From: Planctomycetota bacterium
GTDB taxonomy: Bacteria; Planctomycetota; GCA-002687715; DRQF01
Length of the DNA stretch: 12,277 bases
Reading direction: 5' to 3'
Assembly (NCBI GenBank): GCA_027001995.1
Contig: JALTLO010000144.1
Span: forward strand, 1-12,277
The position numbers and the translations under genes are program-made. The notes below the pieces were generated by a model. That model made no database searches. It was not told the origin of the DNA and saw nothing but the letters and a program-made list of their open reading frames with translations. Below are positions 1-6,885 of the stretch, piece after piece. Within the stretch, counting starts at the first letter, position 1. Every line of letters begins with the position of its first letter.

Positions 1-1
1 C

Positions 2-766
2 CAAGGAGAAATGTCCCAGGGGCGAATCGACGGGGGTTTCAAGTTCTTGTCCTTAAGGCAAGAATTCTTCCCAAGCCACATCATCAACCCAAATCTGCAA
101 GACGGACGAATCACCTTCTTAACCGACGACAGTGGCACGAGTCGCTTTTTCGAGCTCAGAGAATTGGTAAATGAGCTCAACCAGAACATGCCTCCGGGCT
201 TGCATGTCAAAGTTGCAGGTTTCATGGAAATGGCTCATGAAGCAAGCCGCCTCATCGTCACCACAATGCTCGAAAGTTTCTTAGTCTCTCTCTTAGCCAT
301 CAGCATCCTAATCAGCTTCATCTTTCGATCCATTCGCGTTGGGCTGGTGTCCATCATCCCCAATGTCTTTCCGATCTTGATCGCCTTAGGAATGAACGGA
401 TGGCTTGATATCAATTTACGCATCGGCATCGTTATGATCTATAGCTTGGGGTTGGGCCTGGCTGTTGACGATACCATCCATTTGATCACTCGCTACCGGC
501 AAGAGAGAAAAAAACACCCTCTGGGTGAACGAAGGCCGCAAATCATGGGAGCGCTGAGAGGATCGGGCCCAGCCTTGATCACCACATCCATCGTCTTGGC
601 CATTGGCTCTTTGAGTTACTTGCCATCGAGCTTTCGGTCATTGCGAGATGTTGGACTTCTGCTCACGGCTATCGTTGTAACTGCTCTCCTGGCCGATCTT
701 TTTCTGCTCCCCCACTTGTTGGAGCTGGCGGGCGGGAAGAAAGCAAAGGAAAAGAAGAGCAACTAA
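2..766 (+). CDS. MMPL/RND-family transporter, C-terminal part (5'-truncated by the window edge)
   Basis: The frame is open from position 2 (caa gga gaa atg...) to TAA 764-766. About six hydrophobic helices. GLGLAVDDTIH matches the RND/MMPL TM4/TM10 GxxVDDxIH proton-relay motif. SIIPNVFP, GPALITTS and ALLADLFLLP are typical of the second MMPL repeat. Only one repeat is visible, so ATG 11 is probably internal. Confidence 0.9.
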   Translation, partial: QGEMSQGRIDGGFKFLSLRQEFFPSHIINPNLQDGRITFLTDDSGTSRFFELRELVNELNQNMPPGLHVKVAGFMEMAHEASRLIVTTMLESFLVSLLAISILISFIFRSIRVGLVSIIPNVFPILIALGMNGWLDINLRIGIVMIYSLGLGLAVDDTIHLITRYRQERKKHPLGERRPQIMGALRGSGPALITTSIVLAIGSLSYLPSSFRSLRDVGLLLTAIVVTALLADLFLLPHLLELAGGKKAKEKKSN

Positions 767-1896
767 CTCTTGGTGATAACCCAGGCGTGAACGGTTTCTA
801 AGGTGTCGCAATCGATGATGCGAATCCAATAATTGCCCGGCCCGATTTGTTGCCACATCACAGACGACACTGTGAAAGACTTAGGCTCGGTCGGGAACAT
901 ACCCACGGCCAAAGTAAAAATCGGGTTGCCAGCGAATTCCACAAAGAAGTTGCTGTGCCCATCCTCAACATGAAACGTTGGTGGTTCGGTACCTACAGAA
1001 ATCGGCTGGAACTCAAAGGGGACCACATGTTCCCCGCGCTCACGGTATTCGAGGCTGAGGGCCAGATTCTCACGGTAGGCCTTGAGGCCTTCAGCGCCAA
1101 AGAACTTGGTGTAAAATCGGCAAGCTGATATCTGGTGACGATATTCGGCACCTCGCGCATGTCCATCCGCACTTTGCGACCAATAGTGAAGCATTCGAGC
1201 CCCAGGAAGGTGGACCATTTTCTTGCCAGCAGCTCGCAGCCGCATGAACATGTCCGTGTCTTCGTAGTAAAGAGGATATCCTGGATCAAAAGGGAGTTCG
1301 CTAGCAAACAGCTCCCGGCGGAAAGTAAGGCAAGACCCAGAGAGCATCTGCATCTCTTTGGGCTCCGTTGCGGCCCAATATTCGTAGGCGAACTTCGTTC
1401 GAGTTGCCAAGTTCTTCAAGGCGCATTCAAGGTCGATTTGTGCTCGAGTTTGAAAGGCGAAAAGTTCGGGGGTAGGCATCTCATTCGGAGGCATCATGCA
1501 AGTGGCCTCCGGATCCATGAATGCCAAGGGCCCTACCATAGCGCTATCCGGGTTCGATTCCAGATGGCCAATGATTTCCTGAAAGCAACCGGGCAAGAAG
1601 CAGCAGTCTGGATTGAGAATCATGTGATAGCGCCCGGATGAGACGGCAAAGCCTTGATTATTGGCCTGCCCGTAGCCCACATTCATGGTGTTCTGGATGT
1701 ACTTCATCCCCTGAGCCTTCAGGGGCGCCACCATAGCCGCATCTTCACCTTTGGAAGCGTTGTCAACAACAATGACTTCACAGGTGCCAGGACGCCCATC
1801 AATGGTCCACTCTTGCTTGTGAATGCTGTCCATCAACGGGAAGAGAAAGTGAGCCGTATTGAAATTGACGATGACAATGGAGAGATCAACACTCAT
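763..1896 (-). CDS. Family 2 glycosyltransferase (WbbL/RfbF-like) with an ~85-aa C-terminal extension
   Basis: GT-A motifs SIVIVNFN, VVDNAS, NVGYGQANNQG, ILNPD, LSGSCL and FDPGYPLYYEDTD. The ATG lies 2 nt after the wzt TGA (TGA-CC-ATG). Confidence 0.92.
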   Translation of the reverse strand: MSVDLSIVIVNFNTAHFLFPLMDSIHKQEWTIDGRPGTCEVIVVDNASKGEDAAMVAPLKAQGMKYIQNTMNVGYGQANNQGFAVSSGRYHMILNPDCCFLPGCFQEIIGHLESNPDSAMVGPLAFMDPEATCMMPPNEMPTPELFAFQTRAQIDLECALKNLATRTKFAYEYWAATEPKEMQMLSGSCLTFRRELFASELPFDPGYPLYYEDTDMFMRLRAAGKKMVHLPGARMLHYWSQSADGHARGAEYRHQISACRFYTKFFGAEGLKAYRENLALSLEYRERGEHVVPFEFQPISVGTEPPTFHVEDGHSNFFVEFAGNPIFTLAVGMFPTEPKSFTVSSVMWQQIGPGNYWIRIIDCDTLETVHAWVITKS

Positions 1897-1898
1897 GG

Positions 1899-3104
1899 TC
1901 AGACTTTCTTGTTGGCGTCGTGGTCCCAGATCGTTTCAGCGAGGAAAATGCCCTTATGCAGACCTTCATGAGTCACCTTAAAGCGTGCGGCTTTCTGGCG
2001 CTGATCGATGAAATGGGCCGCTGTCTTGTCGGTGATAAAGGCGTCGATCATATATTCGCCAGACAACAACTGAAGCCGTGGAATTCGCAATACGACTTCG
2101 TTGGTTTCTTGCCCCGTTTGCAGTGCTGATTCCGGACGGGCAGCAAAAACAAGAGTGCCATCATTGCGCAGTACAGCAATCATCGGAAAGACAGCTTCAT
2201 CAGCTTCGGGGTTGGTGTAGCGAAACTTAAGAGTAATGCTATCCCCAGTGCTGAACTCTTTGGATGCTATGGACTCGTCCCCCAAATAGAGGGACACGTC
2301 TTCGATAGCTGCCAAACCATTCACAAGATTGCCAGTGACAGATTCCCGTTTGTTGAAGTAGTCAGCTTCCAACTGAAGGAGGATGTTTTCGTACTCATCC
2401 GTCACTTCAATGGGATTGCCATCCATGACCATCTTGCCTTCGTGAATCCAGATCGCACGATCACAGATTTCGCGAATGTGATAGACGCTATGACTGACGA
2501 ACAAGATTGTCTTATCCTTGGAACGGAACTCAGCGAACTTGTCCATGCACTTCTTCTGGAAATGCGCGTCCCCCACGGCCAAGACTTCATCCAAGATAAG
2601 AATATCGGGGTCAACAAGCATGGACGCCGCGAACCCAAGGCGCATAGCCATGCCGGATGAGTAGGTCCGGATAGGGCGATCTAAGAACTCACCTAACTCC
2701 GAGAATTCAGCAATCTCGTCGTAGCGTTCTTTAACCTGTTTGGCTGGAATCCCTTGCACAGCAGCATTGAGGTAAATGTTGTCCTTACCGCTAAACTCTG
2801 GGTGAAACCCAGCACCAAGCTCAAGCATAGAAGAGACTGTGCCATTGGTTTGGAACGATCCCTCCGTCTCCTTTGAGGTCCCGGTGAGAATCTTCAAAAG
2901 AGTGGACTTGCCAGCACCATTGACGCCGATGACCCCGAGGGCTTGTCCAGGCCACAATTCGAAATTGATGTCACGAAGGGCCCACATTTCTTTGTGGAAT
3001 TTCTTCTTGCCGAAGCAGAGAAACTCTTTGAGGCGTGCTTTAGGATCAGGATAAAGGCGATAGCACTTGCCCAGATCTTTGACGACTACACTTGGCCCGC
3101 TAAT
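1899..3104 (-). CDS. wzt: Polysaccharide ABC exporter ATPase with C-terminal Wzt_C carbohydrate-binding module; proposed ATT start, 401 aa
   Basis: Walker A GVNGAGKST, signature YSSGM, Walker B ILILDE, H-loop FVSH and a beta-rich C-terminal domain (GDSITL...LLSGEY). Upstream of the ORF-track ATG (2987) the frame continues as ISGPSVVVKDLGKCYRLYPDPKARLKEFLCFGKKKFHKE, a typical Wzt N-terminus. The start at 3104 is inferred; the product call is firm. Confidence 0.92.
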   Translation of the reverse strand: MSGPSVVVKDLGKCYRLYPDPKARLKEFLCFGKKKFHKEMWALRDINFELWPGQALGVIGVNGAGKSTLLKILTGTSKETEGSFQTNGTVSSMLELGAGFHPEFSGKDNIYLNAAVQGIPAKQVKERYDEIAEFSELGEFLDRPIRTYSSGMAMRLGFAASMLVDPDILILDEVLAVGDAHFQKKCMDKFAEFRSKDKTILFVSHSVYHIREICDRAIWIHEGKMVMDGNPIEVTDEYENILLQLEADYFNKRESVTGNLVNGLAAIEDVSLYLGDESIASKEFSTGDSITLKFRYTNPEADEAVFPMIAVLRNDGTLVFAARPESALQTGQETNEVVLRIPRLQLLSGEYMIDAFITDKTAAHFIDQRQKAARFKVTHEGLHKGIFLAETIWDHDANKKV

Positions 3105-3137
3105 GACAACTCTCCATCCGGCACAACGCCGGTTATT

Positions 3138-4034
3138 CTAAATCTCGTCGGCGAACTTATGCTTGTTCGCCATAAATGTATGGTAACCCACGAACAACGT
3201 GGTGAAGGAAATAAGGGCGAAGACACCTAATAATTGCCAGACGTCTGCCACTGAAACGTTCACCCGCTTGCCCCCTTCGACTGTCCATCGAATTTCTTCG
3301 GGGAAAATGAGGGTATAGCGATAGAGATCAACCATGTAGGCCATAGGGTTCACGTCGAAGACCCAAACCCAAGTGGCATCGGGGTTGCCAAAGAGCAACG
3401 ATTCTTTGACGTAGACAATGGGCGTTAAGAAGAACCACAGATTGATCACAAGAGGTGCCAGTTGGTTGACATCGCGCACGAAGACGTTGGCTGTGGAAAG
3501 CAAGTAACCGAGCCCTAAGAGGAAGGCAATGTGACAGACCACCACCAAAGGGAACATCCATATCAAGTTCGATATGTAAGGAGTCGTCAGCCACGTGATG
3601 CCGCAGAAGACGGAAAAGATAACCACCAGATTGATGGCATAGGCGCCAATCAAGGAAATCGAAAGGAGTTCCGAAGGGAAAGCAACCTTCTTGACCAAGT
3701 TGCCGTTCTCTGGGATTGTATTCGAAGATCGCACCAAGAACTCTGCTGTCATCAGCCACGGCAAGAGACCGCAGCAAAGCAAAAGGACGTTAAAAATGTC
3801 CCCTGTTGCGGTGTCGACCCCCAAAGCTTCGACGATCATCTCATTCCATCTTTGGTCCAGTTTTTGATCGAGGAGCTGAACAAAGACCACATAATAGACG
3901 CCCAGCATGATCAAAGGCTGCAAAAATGGCCAAGGCCAGCCAATAATCGAGCCGACATAGCGCTGCCGCAACTCCCGCCGGATAAAGGACGAGAGCATCT
4001 CACGAAAGCGTATGCACTGCTTAATTAGATCCAT
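3138..4034 (-). CDS. wzm: Polysaccharide ABC exporter permease (ABC-2 type)
   Basis: RELRQRYVGSIIGWPWPFLQP, GLLPW, LVKKVAFP, STANVFVRDV, WFFLTPIVY, NPMAY and terminal FADEI are characteristic Wzm/RfbA motifs. About six TM helices. ATG 4034 is preferred over the adjacent TTG 4037. Confidence 0.93.
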   Translation of the reverse strand: MDLIKQCIRFREMLSSFIRRELRQRYVGSIIGWPWPFLQPLIMLGVYYVVFVQLLDQKLDQRWNEMIVEALGVDTATGDIFNVLLLCCGLLPWLMTAEFLVRSSNTIPENGNLVKKVAFPSELLSISLIGAYAINLVVIFSVFCGITWLTTPYISNLIWMFPLVVVCHIAFLLGLGYLLSTANVFVRDVNQLAPLVINLWFFLTPIVYVKESLLFGNPDATWVWVFDVNPMAYMVDLYRYTLIFPEEIRWTVEGGKRVNVSVADVWQLLGVFALISFTTLFVGYHTFMANKHKFADEI

Positions 4035-4059
4035 CAATCGTCTCGGAACCAGGCAAAAG

Positions 4060-4079
4060 CCCCTAAGCCTACTTAGGGG
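4060..4079 (-). other. Perfect 8-bp hairpin in the predicted wzm leader, followed by CUUUU
   Basis: CCCCTAAG (4060-4067), 4-nt loop, CTTAGGGG (4072-4079). On the minus-strand RNA it is followed by CUUUUG and ends 25 nt before the wzm ATG. Confidence 0.55.
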
Positions 4080-4104
4080 AGTCAGAAAAAGCGAAGGTCA
4101 AGGG

Positions 4105-4133
4105 AGATTAGCACTGCCCGCCAAACCATTCAA
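4105..4133 (-). promoter_or_regulatory. Putative sigma70 promoter for wzm-wzt-GT2
   Basis: Minus strand TTGAAT (4133-4128), 17-nt spacer ending in TGC (extended -10 TGn), then TAATCT (4110-4105). Predicted transcription start about 4098. Confidence 0.55.
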
Positions 4134-4425
4134 GCTCTCCAAGTCCTTTACTTGTAATACATTATGACTAGACGACCAGGGAAGATCTTGTTGTTGGCTT
4201 AACTCAGGCGTGTTATTCTCTCCTTGGTCAAAGTCTCACAACAGGGGCTTTTTCCTCAGCGTACGCATTGGACAATCGCAGTTTGTCCAAATAGAACCAG
4301 ATCAACCCAAGAAATGTGTCTGGCAGAGCAAAACTCAGCCTCCACCGAGTTATTCGCCATTCGGGACGACAAAACTGAATGGCAAGATGGCTTTAGTCCA
4401 GTTCTTTACTTGATTTGTGCTTACT

Positions 4426-4454
4426 TTGTACTGGTTCTGCGCCGATGCAAGAAT
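4426..4454 (+). promoter_or_regulatory. Putative sigma70 promoter for the four-gene rightward operon
   Basis: TTGTAC (4426-4431), 17-nt spacer ending in TGC, then AAGAAT (4449-4454). It follows a T-rich tract and has the same layout as the divergent promoter. Confidence 0.35.
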
Positions 4455-4511
4455 GAGGATCCGTGAATTTCTCGCGGTTCAGCATGTTCGATCTTGGCCA
4501 AGGGAATTCTG

Positions 4512-5936
4512 ATGTCCAATTCAGACGAGACTATTCTGATAATCGGCGCCGGGTTAGCGGGCACCACCGCTGCCCATCAACTTGCACGTTCTGGCCGCAA
4601 AGTGATCGTGGTCGAAAGAGAGCCCGAAGCCGGTGGTTTGGCCAAGAGCCTCAAGCATGAATCGGAACATGGCACTTTCTGGTACGACATTGGTCCCCAC
4701 CGTTTCCACACAACAGACGAGCGCGTCAACGAAGAGACTTTGGCAGTTCTAGGAGAAAACAAAGTCATGCGTGACCGTGTGTCACGGATCTTCCTCTACA
4801 ACCAATTCTTCGACTACCCTCTTCAACTAGGAAAAGCCCTGAAGCAGCTCCCCAAGCTGGTCATGATGCGAGCCATCTGGGACTACGGCGTCCAGTCCAT
4901 CAAGAACATTTTCACCAAGCCCAAAGACCGCAACTTCGAAGAATGGGTGGTTCGGCGCTTCGGTCGCAAGCTCTACGAAGTTTTCTTTGGCGTCTACACC
5001 GAAAAGACCTGGGGTATGCCATGCACAGAGATTTCTGCGGACTGGGCATCCCAGCGCATTAGCCAAGCCTCTCTTTTGGACACCATCATCAAATCTGTGT
5101 TTCGTCCGAAAGGTGAAGTCCGAAGCTTGGTGTCACAATTCTACTACCCCGAAAAGGGTGGTATCGGCGAATTAGCCATCGCCTACAAGAATTCAGCCAT
5201 CAAGAACGGTGCCGAAGTCCATTTATCCACCCATGTCGACAAGTTCATCATTGAGGATGGCAAGGTCCTGGGCGTTCAAGTCACTGATAAGGATGGTGAG
5301 CAACGGGATATTTTGGCGGGCATGGTCCTCAACACAATGCCCCTGACCAAGCTCATCGAGCTTTGTGGTGATGCTGTTCCTGCAAGTATCACCGAACATA
5401 AGAACAAACTCGGGCACCGAAGCATGGTCTTCGTTTTCATGATTCTCGATCGGCCCCAGTTCACCCACGATCACTGGATTTACATTCCAGAAGATACCCT
5501 CACCGTTCACCGGCTGTCTGAACCAAAGAACTTCAGCGACGATTGTGCACCTGCTGACAAAACTCTCATCTGCGCAGAAATCACCTGTGACTTCGGCGAC
5601 GAAATCTGGAACAAGAGCGACGACGAATTGCGAGAAGTCGCTGTCAAGGACTTGATCAAGATTGGCCTCATTGAAGATTCAGACGTCCTTGAAACTTTCA
5701 CTCACCGAGAATTCTTCGCCTACCCCCTCTACACCCTTGACTACAAAGAGCACTTGGATCCAGTCTTAGGCTTCGTCGATGGTTTAGAAAACATCGAAAC
5801 AACCGGACGCCAGGGCCTCTTCAAGTACAACAACATGGACCACTCAATCGCCATGGGCTTTACGGCCGCCGATGGACTGATTGGCCAAGATGCTAACCAT
5901 CGGGCAGTGGCAACTGGCGACGAGTACTTCGGATAA
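4512..5936 (+). CDS. FAD-dependent oxidoreductase of the UDP-galactopyranose-mutase-like / HemY-like group found in glycosylation loci (474 aa)
   Basis: Rossmann motif IIGAGLAG...VVERE..AGGL, DIGPHRF loop, FEEWVVRRFG, YTEKTWG, DWASQRI, FYYPEKGG, AYPLY and C-terminal GRQGLFKYNNMDHS. AAGGGA lies just upstream of ATG 4512, which is preferred over TTG 4494. Confidence 0.88.
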   Translation: MSNSDETILIIGAGLAGTTAAHQLARSGRKVIVVEREPEAGGLAKSLKHESEHGTFWYDIGPHRFHTTDERVNEETLAVLGENKVMRDRVSRIFLYNQFFDYPLQLGKALKQLPKLVMMRAIWDYGVQSIKNIFTKPKDRNFEEWVVRRFGRKLYEVFFGVYTEKTWGMPCTEISADWASQRISQASLLDTIIKSVFRPKGEVRSLVSQFYYPEKGGIGELAIAYKNSAIKNGAEVHLSTHVDKFIIEDGKVLGVQVTDKDGEQRDILAGMVLNTMPLTKLIELCGDAVPASITEHKNKLGHRSMVFVFMILDRPQFTHDHWIYIPEDTLTVHRLSEPKNFSDDCAPADKTLICAEITCDFGDEIWNKSDDELREVAVKDLIKIGLIEDSDVLETFTHREFFAYPLYTLDYKEHLDPVLGFVDGLENIETTGRQGLFKYNNMDHSIAMGFTAADGLIGQDANHRAVATGDEYFG

Positions 5937-5937
5937 C

Positions 5938-6885
5938 ATGACTGGCAAGACGACAGGAATACTCTCCTATTTGCGAGAAGAACTTCCCCTGGAAGACGTC
6001 ACTTGCCTCATGTGCGACCATGACGTTTATGACGTCATCGAATCATCACCTCCTTTCACCGTGGCACGCTGCCGCCAATGCAGCTTCGTCTATGTCACGC
6101 CCCGAATCCCTGAATCTCATCTCCATTTAGTCTACGCCTGGGACTATTACGATAGCGGTAACCCTGCCGACTATGGTTACGACAAATACTTGGAGGACGG
6201 CGAGCTGCACAAACGCACTTTCGCCATGAAGGCCGATTTCGTGCAACGCCACAAGAAGTCCGGACGGCTCTTAGAAGTTGGTTCTGCTGGGGGCTTCTTC
6301 TTGAAAGAAATGCAACGACGGGGTTTCAACGTCGAGGGCATTGAGATTTCAGAAAAGGCTGCTCAATTCTCACGGGACGTCCTTGAACTCAAGACGATCC
6401 ATACGAGCAAACTGGAAGATGCTCCAATCAAGGGTCCATTTGATGTCATCGCTCTTTGGGATGTCATCGAGCATGTCTCTCACCCCTTGAAGACCATGCA
6501 GCACTTAAGACAATTGGTTGCTCCTGATGGCGTGCTGATCATTCAAACTCAAAACATTGACTCCATGTTCGCCAAACTCCTGGGGCAGAGGTGGCACCAT
6601 TTCAAGCACTTGGAGCACATTTACCATTTTTCACCAGAAACGATGAATGACGCTCTCACCGCCAGTGGGTTCGAGATTAGCGAATTGACGGCCAGAGGGT
6701 CTGGCAAGTATATTTCCGGCAAGTTCTTCATTGACCGCATGCGTCGCATCAGTCCCACAGCTCATTTTTGCCTCAAACCCTTCAAGTTCCTTGGGGGTTT
6801 GGCATTTTATGTAAACTTACGTGACGAGTTCATTGTTGCAGCGAAACCGACAATCGAAGAGAAAACCATGGAGGCTATGGGATGA
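5938..6885 (+). CDS. Class I SAM-dependent methyltransferase with N-terminal CxxC...CxxC zinc ribbon (315 aa)
   Basis: CLMC and CRQC, motif I LLEVGSAGG, VEGIEIS, FDVIALWDVIEH and EHIYHFS. ATG 5938 follows the upstream TAA by 1 nt. The ORF-track start at 5881 overlaps the previous gene. Confidence 0.9.
   Translation: MTGKTTGILSYLREELPLEDVTCLMCDHDVYDVIESSPPFTVARCRQCSFVYVTPRIPESHLHLVYAWDYYDSGNPADYGYDKYLEDGELHKRTFAMKADFVQRHKKSGRLLEVGSAGGFFLKEMQRRGFNVEGIEISEKAAQFSRDVLELKTIHTSKLEDAPIKGPFDVIALWDVIEHVSHPLKTMQHLRQLVAPDGVLIIQTQNIDSMFAKLLGQRWHHFKHLEHIYHFSPETMNDALTASGFEISELTARGSGKYISGKFFIDRMRRISPTAHFCLKPFKFLGGLAFYVNLRDEFIVAAKPTIEEKTMEAMG

Noticed and set aside
3..13. AAGGAG before ATG 11 as the true MMPL start
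   Set aside because: The spacing is only 2 nt, the frame is open to the window edge, and only half an MMPL protein is present.
847..4028. Plus-strand ORFs opposite GT2, wzt and wzm, and alternate-frame ORFs within them
   Set aside because: Shadow ORFs of motif-supported genes, with no protein-family features.
4145..4172. dif-like site (minus strand CATAATGTATT resembles the centre of E. coli dif)
   Set aside because: With the required 6-bp spacer the right arm reads ACAAGTAAAGG, a poor match to the XerD arm TTATGTTAAAT.
4210..4660. Small ORFs 4210-4413, 4224-4466 and 4463-4660
   Set aside because: No recognisable motifs. They have non-ATG starts, overlap each other or the promoter region, and 4463-4660 overlaps the oxidoreductase out of frame. 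A small protein cannot be fully excluded.
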